Notes: generated by a model from the sequence alone, not told the origin. DNA of 64,000 nt from Bacteroidota bacterium (GCA_016705125.1 JADIYW010000002.1:73081-137080), one strand, 5' to 3'. Shown: positions 31,948 to 42,710, counted from the stretch's first letter. Numbers and translations are program-made.

Positions 31948-32040
31948 GGGCATGCCCGTTCGTTCCTCACGGTCGGGCTATAGCTCCAAGTCCTCACTCC
32001 TGCGTCGTTGCGGGCTTTTCCGCATTATCCCTCATGCGGG
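31948..32040. repeat. GC-rich REP/MITE-like multi-hairpin element
   Basis: 57 of 93 nt are G+C in an AT-rich background; palindrome GGGCATGCCC; stems GCCCG/CGGGC and CCGCAT/ATGCGG. Confidence 0.65.
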
Positions 32041-32307
32041 TGGAAGTAGTGAGATGGGAGATTGAGAGATGGAAAATGAGAAATAGGTGGTAAAAAAGAG
32101 AGAAAAAATAGCAAGATAATTTATTCTAAAAAAACTTTTGTAGAAACTCTTATAGAAAATTTATCTTTCTCTTTACATATTATAATAAAAAGCCCTAAAA
32201 AGCAGTCGGCTCGATTTAATCAATTTGGGACTTTCTTTTATTCTGTTAAATATAGGCAATATTTGTTTTTCTCTTTAACCCTTTTGAATTTATTCTGTTG
32301 GAAATCT

Positions 32308-32877
32308 CTATAAAGGGTCTAACTGCATTAGGTATAATCGATCTTTTTGTTTTCTCATCTCGTGCATTAGATTAAAAGTCTCTAAATCTGCTAATTGGAA
32401 ATTTTTGGCAAAATCAATTGTGGGCAATACTACTTTTATCACTTGATCCCTTGCTTCATTTAATATACTTATTAATGATTCTTCACCATCATAATACCAA
32501 TTAATTGATTTTGTGTAATTATCTATTTCTGACAATTGTTCATCTGTAAAACTTGACATTAAATTGCTTTTCTGTATCCAATCTAGGTTGTCAAGAAAAA
32601 AAGGGCCATAGAAAGCTGGAAACGTTACTTTGGTAGGTCTAAATATTGGAATTGAATCAACAATTTTTCTGTCAGATGATTCTACCTCGAGATATATTGA
32701 AAGGTTTTTAGGTCTATCTGGCAGACTGTTCCATCTCGACCTAGGAAGGTTTATTGAAAATTCTAAATAGCTTTGATTTAATATAAATCTAGTTCCTTTT
32801 TTATTAAAGCCAAGAGGTCTTAAAACTTGTCCTAAAATGCCAGTTAAATTTTTTGAATAGTTTAAATTATCTACCAT
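32308..32877 (-). CDS. DUF4304-like hypothetical protein
   Basis: LRPLGFNKKG..F...INL.RSRWN pattern. Confidence 0.55.
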   Translation of the reverse strand: MVDNLNYSKNLTGILGQVLRPLGFNKKGTRFILNQSYLEFSINLPRSRWNSLPDRPKNLSIYLEVESSDRKIVDSIPIFRPTKVTFPAFYGPFFLDNLDWIQKSNLMSSFTDEQLSEIDNYTKSINWYYDGEESLISILNEARDQVIKVVLPTIDFAKNFQLADLETFNLMHEMRKQKDRLYLMQLDPL

Positions 32878-32984
32878 GAATTTTATTTTACTTTTTTAAA
32901 ACAAGAACTCTCCAACATAATTTCATTCAAGCTAGGCTCTTTGAAAACTTCTCCAAATCGAAGGCGCGGTATTTTGAAGTATAT

Positions 32985-33422
32985 CTACGATAGGTTTTCA
33001 ATGTCATCTAAATCTTTATGTCTTCCACTTTTTTTCTTATTTTCTAATAGATCCCAATATCCAATAAAATTAACAATAATATCTTCTATTTCTACTTCTT
33101 TTCTATTATTGTAACATTCATTAAATTTAACCCCATCAATCTCTGTCAGTAAATCAATTCTTAATGGAGGAAAACCTAATTGAATAATATTTCCTTCTTT
33201 GGTAAAATCACTAACTTTTAATCCAACTGAGGCAAATCCAAAATCATTTACACATAAAATTACTTTTTCAGCATTTTCTAGAGTCGGATTTAGCCATATA
33301 TCCAAATCCCCAGTATATCTTGGATGTCCATGAATTCCAACAGCATATCCACCAACAATTAAATATTCAGTCTTATATTTTATTAATAACTCTACAAACT
33401 CTTTGAAGTCTTGGCTGAACAT
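32985..33422 (-). CDS. Minimal nucleotidyltransferase (DUF6036-like)
   Basis: YLIVGGYAV..HG.PRYT.DLD (GG...DxD), third Asp in RIDL, C-terminal K...GR.KD..D. Confidence 0.85.
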   Translation of the reverse strand: MFSQDFKEFVELLIKYKTEYLIVGGYAVGIHGHPRYTGDLDIWLNPTLENAEKVILCVNDFGFASVGLKVSDFTKEGNIIQLGFPPLRIDLLTEIDGVKFNECYNNRKEVEIEDIIVNFIGYWDLLENKKKSGRHKDLDDIENLS

Positions 33423-33555
33423 CCTTTCTAAATTTAATGTATTGTGCTCTAAGCAATTCTATTGCATCCAAACGATCATTAAAACTCTTAGTTAACCAAA
33501 ATTGGTAATCAGATTGTTTTTGTTTTAAAGGAATAATATTTACAACTTTTTCCAT
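33373..33555 (-). CDS. 60-aa partner ORF overlapping the nucleotidyltransferase
   Basis: TATATTTG promoter 4 nt upstream (33560..33567); D..FWL.KS...RL.AIE.LR; last 50 nt overlap the NTase start. Confidence 0.7.
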   Translation of the reverse strand: MEKVVNIIPLKQKQSDYQFWLTKSFNDRLDAIELLRAQYIKFRKDVQPRLQRVCRVINKI

Positions 33556-33758
33556 AGTTCAAATATAAGCAAAAAAAAGCAAAATAGCTTTTCAGTCAAA
33601 AATGTTATTAACAATTAAAATAAGGATATAAATTAAAACATTATCTAAGTAAGATTTAATTATTGCAATTTCTGAATCAATTATCATTAGTTTATTGTGG
33701 CTTTTATTGTTCCTAAGGAAAGAAAACCTACCTTTGCACTTATAAGCTAATTAATAAA

Positions 33759-35108
33759 ATGACTTTCGACGAATTAAATCTAAACAAACCTTTATTAAAA
33801 GCTTTGGAGGAATTGGGATTTGAACATCCCACAACCATCCAACAAAAAGCATTTTCAGTTATTATGTCGGGGCAAGATGTATTGGGAATAGCACAAACTG
33901 GTACAGGTAAAACTTTTGCATATCTTTTACCGGCCCTGCGCCAGTGGACTTTTTCTAAAGAGAGATTTCCACAAATCCTTATTATTGTTCCCACGCGTGA
34001 ATTGGTGGTTCAGGTGGTATCGGATGTCGAAAAGCTTACAAAATATATGAATGTAGTGGTGGGCGGCGCTTATGGAGGTGGAAATATGCGGCTTCAACTC
34101 GAAATGGTATATGCAGGATTGGATGTTTTGGTGGCTACGCCAGGTAGACTTTACGATTTGGTTTTAAAAGGAGCTTTAAAATTAAAATCAATCAAAAAAT
34201 TAGTGATAGACGAAGTAGATGAAATGCTTAATCTGGGATTCAGGCCACAACTCACCCGTATTTTGGACATTCTGCCTCCAAAACGACAAAATCTACTCTT
34301 TTCTGCCACCATGACGGAGGATGTAGAGGAATTAATGGATATATTTTTCCGAAATCCAGTAAAAATAGAAGCCGCTCCAACTGGTACACCACTTGAGAAT
34401 ATTGAACAAATTGGCTATAATATTCCTAATTTTTATACCAAAATAAATTTATTGGAGCTGCTTTTGTCAGAAGATAAATCGATGACAAAGGTATTGGTAT
34501 TTGCCGAAACAAAGCATTTAGCCGACTTAATTTATGAAAGACTCAGTTTGAAATTTCCAGATAAAATCGGCGTTATCCACTCCAATAAATCACAAAACAC
34601 TCGTTTTAATGCTGTAAATCGCTTCAAAGACAATACTTTTACTATTCTAATCGCTACTGATTTAATTGCACGTGGGATTGATATTTCAGAAGTAACCCAT
34701 GTCATCAACCTAGACACACCAGATATTGCCGAAAATTATATCCATAGAATTGGCCGTACTGGTAGGGCCGACAAAAAAGGTATTGCTATTACTTTTATAA
34801 GCAAAAAAGAAAAAGAATTTCAAAAAGCAATTGAAAAACTGATGAAGTTTAAAATTCCTATCCACCCAACACCTGAAAACTTGGAGATTTCTGATGTTTT
34901 ATTGGAAATTGAAAAGGACAAAGTGGAAATGAAATTAATTGAAGTAAGGCGACCAAAAAAGGAAGATGTAGGCGCTTCACACCACGAAAAAAGCGAAAAA
35001 AACAAAAAAGTAAATCATTCAGTTACCCGAGCGGATACGATGAAAGCCAAATATAAAAAACCAATTACAAGAGGCGACAAAAACCAAAATAGGAAAAAGA
35101 AAAAATAA
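33759..35108 (+). CDS. DEAD-box RNA helicase
   Basis: Q motif PTTIQ, AQTGTGKT, PTREL, TPGRL, DEVD, SAT, HRIGRTGR; TACCTTTG promoter at 33729..33736. Confidence 0.96.
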   Translation: MTFDELNLNKPLLKALEELGFEHPTTIQQKAFSVIMSGQDVLGIAQTGTGKTFAYLLPALRQWTFSKERFPQILIIVPTRELVVQVVSDVEKLTKYMNVVVGGAYGGGNMRLQLEMVYAGLDVLVATPGRLYDLVLKGALKLKSIKKLVIDEVDEMLNLGFRPQLTRILDILPPKRQNLLFSATMTEDVEELMDIFFRNPVKIEAAPTGTPLENIEQIGYNIPNFYTKINLLELLLSEDKSMTKVLVFAETKHLADLIYERLSLKFPDKIGVIHSNKSQNTRFNAVNRFKDNTFTILIATDLIARGIDISEVTHVINLDTPDIAENYIHRIGRTGRADKKGIAITFISKKEKEFQKAIEKLMKFKIPIHPTPENLEISDVLLEIEKDKVEMKLIEVRRPKKEDVGASHHEKSEKNKKVNHSVTRADTMKAKYKKPITRGDKNQNRKKKK

Positions 35109-35160
35109 AAATCGGTATCTTTCCTCAAAATGTAATATTCTTAGCTAAACTAAATATAAA

Positions 35161-35616
35161 ATGAATTTAGAATTCAAACAAAAAGTATATAACGCTTACC
35201 TAAATACGGTAAACGAAAAAATAAAATTATTACATCAAAACTTAGATGATTTATCTATTAGCATAGCGGAGGAAACTAAAAATTCGGCAGGCGATAAATA
35301 TGAAACTGCGCGAGCTTTACTCCAAACCGAACAAAGCAGCGTGGCCAAACAATTAAATGAAGCAAATGATCAAAAAAATTTATTGGAAACAATAGATATA
35401 AATTTAGTTTCCAATAAAATAATAAAAGGAAGTTTGATACAAACCAATAGAGGTTATTTTTTTATGAGTATAGGGCTTGGCAAGGCTTTGGTTGAGGACC
35501 AAACCATAATCGCATTATCACAAGCTGCACCATTGGGACAAAAATTACATGGTCTTACCATTGGCGATACAACTGAAGTAAATGGAATTAAATATTCCAT
35601 TCAAAAGTTATATTAA
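35161..35616 (+). CDS. GreA/GreB-like C-terminal domain protein
   Basis: N-terminal coiled coil, ETKNSAGDKYET.RA, IS..APLGQ.L.G...GD. Confidence 0.75.
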   Translation: MNLEFKQKVYNAYLNTVNEKIKLLHQNLDDLSISIAEETKNSAGDKYETARALLQTEQSSVAKQLNEANDQKNLLETIDINLVSNKIIKGSLIQTNRGYFFMSIGLGKALVEDQTIIALSQAAPLGQKLHGLTIGDTTEVNGIKYSIQKLY

Positions 35617-35617
35617 C

Positions 35618-35650
35618 AAAAAAGGGTCGCTAAAATTGCAACCCTTTCTT
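35618..35650. terminator. Bidirectional intrinsic terminator
   Basis: AAAAAAGGGT-CGC...GC-ACCCTTTCTT between convergent genes. Confidence 0.7.
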
Positions 35651-35668
35651 ACTTAATTTTTTTAACTA

Positions 35669-36325
35669 TTATTTAGACCCTAAAGATTTTGCTTCTCTTT
35701 TTGCTTTTTTAATATCTCTTCTAGTCATCGGTTTTTCAATATTTGCAACTGGCGCTTCCACTACTGGAGGAGCAACAACTACTGCAGGTGCTTGCTTTAC
35801 TGGTGTAACAACTGGAGGAGCTGGAGCTACAACTGGTTTCGGGTCTACAGCTGGTTGTCCAGCCATTTGCCCACTTTGGCCAGCCTCAGATACCGTAATT
35901 GGCAATGCTGGATTTGGATCAACTGCATTTCCCTTAATATACAATACAACGGTTTCAGCTCCTTTTGTAGTAACAGTAATCGATTTATTAAAACTACCTG
36001 CATGTCCCATATTATATGTAGCAGATAAAAATCCTTTGCCACCAGGAGGAACAGCCTCTGTTGTCCATTTAGGTGTTGTACATCCACAACTTGCCCTTGC
36101 ATTTTCAATTACTAAAGGTGCAGTTCCTTCATTAATGAATACAAATTCGTGTGTTACTGGTTTTCCAACTGGCCCTTCAGGAAAATTAAATTCACTTTCA
36201 GTAAATTTAATTTTAGAACCATCTGGTTGTGCTACAGGAGCAACAACAGGCTCAGGAGAAACTTGAGCATTTGCAACTGAACCTATCAAGGTTAGTACAA
36301 AAATAAACGTAAATAATTTTTTCAT
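35669..36325 (-). CDS. DUF1573 exported protein with a Pro/Val/Ala-rich tail
   Basis: Signal peptide, F.F.N.G..PL.I....ASCGCTTP.W, basic C-terminus; TACATTTG promoter at 36353..36360. Confidence 0.9.
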   Translation of the reverse strand: MKKLFTFIFVLTLIGSVANAQVSPEPVVAPVAQPDGSKIKFTESEFNFPEGPVGKPVTHEFVFINEGTAPLVIENARASCGCTTPKWTTEAVPPGGKGFLSATYNMGHAGSFNKSITVTTKGAETVVLYIKGNAVDPNPALPITVSEAGQSGQMAGQPAVDPKPVVAPAPPVVTPVKQAPAVVVAPPVVEAPVANIEKPMTRRDIKKAKREAKSLGSK

Positions 36326-36448
36326 GATTTTGTTAGTTTAATTAATTGAATCCAAATGTAATACGAGTTTATATATTTTAAAACATTTTAACATAAAATT
36401 TAAGAATTGCCTAAAAACTTAAATGAAAAGAATCTTTATGATGAATAA

Positions 36449-36943
36449 TTAAGGCTTTTTTTCCTTGGTCTCCAAAATCGTTTTTTTAATCTTAATCGGC
36501 TTTTTATTATTATCAAAATCAATTGGTTTATCTCCTCCCTGATTTAAACCATCAACCGCCTCCCCTTTTATGTACAATATCACCTTTTCACCTGCTGTTG
36601 TTATCACTGTAACTGTTTTGCTAAATTTTCCAGCATGCCCCATATTATAGGTAACGACAACAGAACCCATTTTACCTGGCAAAACTGTTTCTGTTGTCCA
36701 CTTTGGTGTGGTGCAACCACAACTAGCCGTAGCGCTTTCGATTTTCAAGGGCTCCGTGCCTTTATTTATAAAAAAAACTCATGCGTAACTGGCTTACCAA
36801 CAATGCCTTTTGGAAATACAAATTCACTTTCCGCAAATTTCATTTTTGGATTCATTGTTGGTGCTTTGGTAGAAATTTCCTGAGCATCTGCATTTGCAAA
36901 TACAATCAAAAAAGAAACACCCTATCAGAAAAAGCCTTTTCAT
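36449..36943 (-). pseudogene. Second DUF1573 paralog broken by two poly-T frameshifts (about 36770 and 36910)
   Basis: Reconstruction reads MKRLFLIGCFFLIVFANADAQ...KFAESEF.FP.G.VGKPVTHEFFFINKGTEPLKIESATASCGCTTPKW. Confidence 0.85.
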
Positions 36944-37053
36944 TAAAAATTTTAATATCTTTTAACAAAATTAATGCTAGAAGAAATGATAAATATGCTT
37001 TTAACTAATACTTAACAAAATGGAGAAAGGTTTAATATTGGGGTTATATTGGG

Positions 37054-37088
37054 CAATAGTATTAAGTAGTTGGTATTGAGTAATGAGC
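37054..37088 (+). repeat. Degenerate heptamer tract x5
   Basis: CAATAGT ATTAAGT AGTTGGT ATTGAGT AATGAGC. Confidence 0.6.
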
Positions 37089-37267
37089 AAAAAAATCTTT
37101 TTTTCTTTTGATTACTCTTAAAAAGATTTAGAACTTTGTTGGAAAATAAATAAACCAACTTTTCCAAATCACTTTAACATTTACAAAAATTTGGATTTGG
37201 AAAAGTTTTTCGAGAAGTTAAAATTAATTTCCATTTTTGAACCATTTAAGTACCTAGTAAAGACCTT

Positions 37268-37296
37268 TGTGGTTAAATTCACATGGCTTATCCACA
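37268..37296. promoter_or_regulatory. Cluster of DnaA-box-like 9-mers
   Basis: Perfect TTATCCACA at 37288..37296, inverted TGTGGTTAA (1 mismatch) at 37268..37276, and AAATTCACA (2 mismatches) between them. Confidence 0.4.
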
Positions 37297-37376
37297 CAAA
37301 TATTTAAAGAGGAAAATTAAAAAGTATTATAAAAAATAAATTATTTAATTTTATACAGTATTTTAAACCATTTATT

Positions 37377-39798
37377 ATGGAAAACTTGCATCAAACATAA
37401 ATACTGAAAAAGGGTTTCGTTCGAAGACTTCAGAATGGAAGTGCTTGAAGACTATAAATTAGCCTGCATTAGTAGAGAAGTGAGTGTAATGGGTCGAAAA
37501 GAAGTACTTACTGGAAAAGCAAAATTCGGCATTTTTGGTGATGGAAAGGAAGTACCACAAATTGCTTTATCAAAAGTATTTGCCAACGGTGATTTTAGAG
37601 CTGGCTATTATAGAGACCAAACTTTCGCACTAGCAACCGAAATTGTAACGCCAGAACAATTATTTGGCCAACTGTATGGCAATCCAAGTTTGGAAGCCGA
37701 CCCACACTCAGGCGGAAGACAAATGAATAATCATTTTGCTACTCGCTCGCTAAATGGCGATGGCACTTGGAAAACACTAAAAAATCAAAAAAATTCCGCC
37801 GCCGATAATTCTCCTACTGCATCCCAAATGACTCGTTCTTTGGGTTTGGCAATGGCTTCCAAAAAATATAGAGCGCTACAAGATTTAATTGGTGAAAACA
37901 AATTTTCAAATAACGGAAACGAAATCTGTTTTGCCACTATTGGCGATGCCAGTACTTCCGAAGGACTTTTTTGGGAAGTAATCAATGCAGGAGGCGTATT
38001 ACAAGTACCGCTAATTGTAAGTGTATGGGATGATGGTTATGGTATTTCGGTACCCAAAAAATTACAAACTACCAAATCGAGTATTTCGGAAATTTTAGAG
38101 GGATTTAGGGTAAACGAAAAAAATGAAGGATGGGATATCTATACCGTAAAAGCCTGGAACTATCCCGAATTGATTTTAACCTACAAAAAAGCAGCCGAAA
38201 AAACCCGTAGAACCCATATTCCTGCTTTGATACATGTTGAGGAAGTAACTCAACCGCAAGGACATTCCACGTCGGGTAGCCATGAACGATACAAAAATGA
38301 GGAAAGATTAGAATTTGAAAAGAAATTCGACTGCATCCGCAAAATGAAAGAGTGGATGGTAAACACAAAAATAGCCACCGAAGAGCAATGTTTGGATATT
38401 GAAGATGCGGCAAAAATTTTTGTTTTAGATGCCAAGAAAAATGCGTGGAATGCATTTATGCAACCTATTAAAGACGAAATAAACGAAGTATTTGCTTTAA
38501 TAAATCAATTGGAACCTCATATCTCTCGAAAAAACAAACTCAACGAAATCCTTCAAGAATTAAAAACGGCTATCGACCCAACAAGAAAAGAAATTTTTAC
38601 TTGTATCTCCAAAGTTTTGAGAATTGCTCAAAATGTACAACATGAGTCGAAGCAGCGATTGATAGATTGGAAAAAAGAACAACACGCCATCAACAAAGAA
38701 AGGTATAATTCCTATTTGCATTCCGACACCGCCGAATCTCCTTTAAGAATTCCGATAGTTCCAGTTCAATATCCTGAAAAGCCTAAGTATTTGAGTGGTT
38801 TTCAAGTGCTTAACCTTTGTTTTGATGCCAATTTTGAACGCGACCCAAGAATATTGGCATTTGGTGAAGATGTAGGTAAAATTGGAGATGTAAATCAGGC
38901 ATTTGCTGGTTTGCAAACCAAATATGGCATCGACCGAATTTATGACACTGGCATACGGGAAGCGAGTATCATGGGAGAAGGTATTGGGCTTGCCATGCGT
39001 GGATTGCGACCGATAGCCGAAATTCAGTATTTAGATTATTTATTGTACGGCTTACAGCCGCTTTCCGACGACTTATCTTGCTTATCTTATAGAACCAAAG
39101 GCGGACAGAAAGCGCCACTTATCATTCGTACTCGTGGCCACCGCTTAGAGGGAATATGGCATACAGGTTCGCCTATCGGCATGATACTGGGTGCAGTACG
39201 TGGCATGCATGTATGTGTGCCGCGCAATATGACGCAAGCCGCTGGTTTTTACAATTTGTTGCTTCGAGCCGATGAGCCCGCAATCGTAATTGAATGCTTG
39301 AATGGCTACCGATTAAAAGAAAAAATACCTTCCAACCCTGGTGATTTCACCATTCCATTAGGCGTGCCAGAGGTATTGATAAAAGGAAATGACATTACAT
39401 TGGTTACCTATGGCTCCTGTATTCGAATTGCTGAAACGGCTATTAACCAATTAAAAGAGGTGGATATTTCTGTAGAATTAATAGATGTTCAGACTTTATT
39501 GCCTTTTGATTTGCGACATATCATACAACAATCGGTAAAGAAAACGAACCGAATTGTATTTTTGGATGAAGATGTACCGGGTGGTGGAACAGGCTATATG
39601 ATGCAGCAAGTAATTGAACACCAAGATATTTTTAGGTATTTGGATGCGCCGCCTGCCACTATCTCCTCCTACCCTAACCGATCAGCATTTGGCTCTGATG
39701 GTGATTATTTTTGCAAACCAAATGAAGAGGATGTTTTTAATACTATATACAATATAATGACTGAAGCCAATCCACGGAATTTTCCTGAGTTGGATTAG
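37377..39798 (+). CDS. Fused alpha/beta E1 component of a (branched-chain) 2-oxoacid dehydrogenase; first 20 codons need two homopolymer corrections
   Basis: TPP motif GDASTSEG, FGEDVG..G.V, DTGIREASI.G, EIQY.DY. N-terminus reconstructs as MEKLASNINTEK.VSFEDFRMEVLEDY; intact ORF from 37435. Confidence 0.92.
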
Positions 39799-39832
39799 TG
39801 AATGAATTCACTTTGATAAAAGTTATAGAAAA

Positions 39833-40785
39833 TTAAAATCTTTTAAAATAATTTGTTTCTTCTCTACCATAAAAACTTTTTCTTATTTTTAATTCTAAAT
39901 CGCTTTCATCCAATTTTATAATTTTTCCTTCAAATAGTTCATCTCCCAAATAACGAAGCCAATTATTATTTTCTAAATATACAATTATAAGATCTTTTGT
40001 TTCGGGATTATAAGTCCATTTCCCATGATTAATAATTGACAACTCTTTTTCATTTTTAGGAAAAGTAGAAGGAATCTTTCCACTTACAAAAATTCTTTTT
40101 TTAGATTCCGTAAAAATGCCATTTTTATCAAAATCAACAAAATATTGTTTCCTAAATACAAAGGAAGTATCTTTATATCTCCTAGCAGTATCTAAAGAAT
40201 TCCATTCATCATTTTTATGAAAAATCCTCCGATTATTGGTACTAACCGTTTTGAATGTTTTCCATTTTCCCAACAATTTGCTATAATCTTTAAAATCTTT
40301 TATTGATACGTTTACTTTTTCAATATTACTAACCAAATTTTTACCATAATAAAAACAATATTCTATATCGAAATTTTGTGGGAATGAATTCCCTAATACC
40401 TCCATAATTAAAATAAATTCATCAAAATCATTTTTAACAAAACTACCCCAAATCCTTCATTTTCCGATAAATAACGATACTTAAATGGAATATCTAAATA
40501 AAAATCAGCCCCCTTTACCTTTAAATAAATTCCTTGAAAGGAACACTCAGCTTTAAATTTAATAGAAAACGAAACATCAGAAAGCCCACCTGAAAAAGCA
40601 CTTAAATTTGAAAGCAATGGCTTATGAAATGTAGGTTTGGGAAAGTTACCCTTTTTTTTCAATGCACCCTCATAGTATAATTTGTTTAAAATTCTATTTG
40701 GATTTTCCTTTTCCTTTAAGCAATTTGTTACGCTAAAAGAAATGAAAGAAAGATAAAAAAATAGTTTATAAAACTTACAACTCAT
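39833..40785 (-). pseudogene. Single lipoprotein gene (about 317 aa) split by a 1-nt deletion in a T-run near 40440
   Basis: Lipobox SVTNC. Adding one T gives ...GFGVVFVKNDFDEFILIMEVLGNSFPQ, joining the two tracked ORFs; C-terminal lipocalin-like LLGKWK start. Confidence 0.75.
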
Positions 40786-40882
40786 TTATAAATTTATGAA
40801 TAAAAACGAATTATCTAAATGTTTTATTATTTATTTTGAATTATTAAACATTTAAAATTAATCATTCAACATTCATAACTAT

Positions 40883-42399
40883 TTATTCCCCAATCAAAGG
40901 TTGAATATTTAGTTGTTGGCACAATTCTAAAATTATTTTAAAAAATTCGTGTTTTTGAAGTATTTCCTTACTGCCTTTTGGTACTTTAAAAAAGAAAGAA
41001 AAAGAAACTGTTACACCTCTGGAAGACACTTCACTGATATATCCTTCCATTGAGTTTGCCTTTAAAATATACCCTTCTTTCAGTTTCTCTTTTGCCATTA
41101 CTACCATTTCCTCTATTTTTTCAATAGAACAATCGAAACCAAAGTTAACCTCCATTCTGAATATTCGATAAACTTTCAATCCCAAATTATTAATGGTCAT
41201 TTCTGCCAACTTACCATTAGGCGTTGATATAATAGTATCTTTTGGAGTCCTTATGCGTGTAGACCGCAAACCCACCTCTTCTACCATCCCAACTATTTGT
41301 TTATTATCGGCTTCTATAAAATCGCCAATTCTAAATGGTCGATCTACCAATATATTTATTGAACCAATTAAATTCTTTATTACATCTTGTGCTGCTAATG
41401 CAATAGCTAATCCACCAATTGAAAGTCCTGCAAGTATCGTTGAAAGTTCTACCCCTAATTTTCTAAAACTAAGTACCATTGTGGCGAAAATAAATAGGAG
41501 TTTTCCCATTTTTTTTACTGCATTTACCATCTGATTATCGAAAGTATCTGAAGTTTGTTTTGATTTTTCATCAAAATAGTTCATTACCAACACAAACCCA
41601 CGCCATAAGGTAAGTAAAACAAAAAACGAAAGGAATACATCTAATCCTTTAATTATATAAAGTGAAATTTTTGAATTTAAATTTAATGCAGGTACAAACA
41701 ATTTCAATAGCCAAAATGAAACGGATATACTAAAAGCCTGTGAAAATCTTAAAATATACCTAGGCAATAATAAATTTTTTCCTACTTGCCAATCACCTAT
41801 CTTTCTAATTAAGAATTTAAATAAGGAAGTACATAGTCTATATAAAAGAAAAGAAAAAAACAATAAGATTAACAAACCCGTCCATTGCCAAATTTTCAAA
41901 CCCAAAATATAATCCCCTCTTTATATGGCATTAAATTAAGGATAAAATCCGAACCAAAAGGGTATACTTCTTGATGTAATTTAACAATATTCTTTTGAGC
42001 CTCCTTATTTATCAACCATTTATTTCCTTGTTTCTCAACCCAAACTTTTCTATTCAATCCTTCTATAAAATAAACATTTTTTAAGGAAATACTATCTATA
42101 TGGTCTGGATCACGAGAAATAGATTTAAAATCTATCAAAATTCCTTTCCCATCAAGCAATTGTTTAAATTTAATTGAATTCGTTTTTCTTTGAGCATTTG
42201 AACCTCCTTCAAATGATTTACCTGATTTTTCGGGGTTATAATCTTCTTTTTGCAAATAATATTGCTGATTATAAATTACATTATAAGGATTACTATTAAT
42301 TTCCCAAGATTCAAAATCAGGCTTATCCAAATTGTTTCCACAAAAACCAACCTTTAGAATAAAAAAAAGTACAAAGGAAATATAAAATCTTAGTCTCAT
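40883..42399 (-). pseudogene. MscS-family mechanosensitive channel with N-terminal exported domain, split by a 1-nt deletion in a G-run near 41915
   Basis: MscS core GLSIGGLAIALAAQD, DRPFRIGD, VEEVGLRSTRIRT, PNG. Adding one G joins ...MPYKEGDYILGLKIWQW; about 505 aa; TAATTTTG promoter at 42406..42413. Confidence 0.88.
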
Positions 42400-42667
42400 T
42401 AACTGCAAAATTAAACATATTATATCAATTCCAATTTTTATTTCACCTTCTTTAAATAAAAATTTTAGAATAATAAATGCCGATATCGATTAAAAATAAG
42501 ACAAACAAGTGAAGCGAAGTTTGAATTATATTGAAATCATAATCGGTATTATGGTCATTTTTGACTTGTTTGAAAAATAAATTTAAAAAAAATAAATTAT
42601 TTTAAAATTGCATTTATTTGATTTTCAATTCTTTACAAAATTCATAAAAATTATTTTTATTTTTTTT

Positions 42668-42710
42668 AGTACTATGTGTTGCATAATACTATTTTTTATA
42701 CATATATTTG
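42668..42710 (+). promoter_or_regulatory. Imperfect palindrome (putative PadR operator) and TATATTTG promoter
   Basis: AGTACTATG-N5-CATAATACT at 42668..42690; -7 element at 42703..42710. Confidence 0.6.

Noticed and set aside
31887-32093. 68-aa plus-strand ORF
   Set aside because: It reads through the GC-rich hairpin element and heptamer tract and is not protein-like.
32878-32984. Short open frames between the NTase and DUF4304-like genes (e.g. KIPRLRFGEVF, faintly like HsdS)
   Set aside because: No start codon, too short, and the similarity is limited to a few residues.
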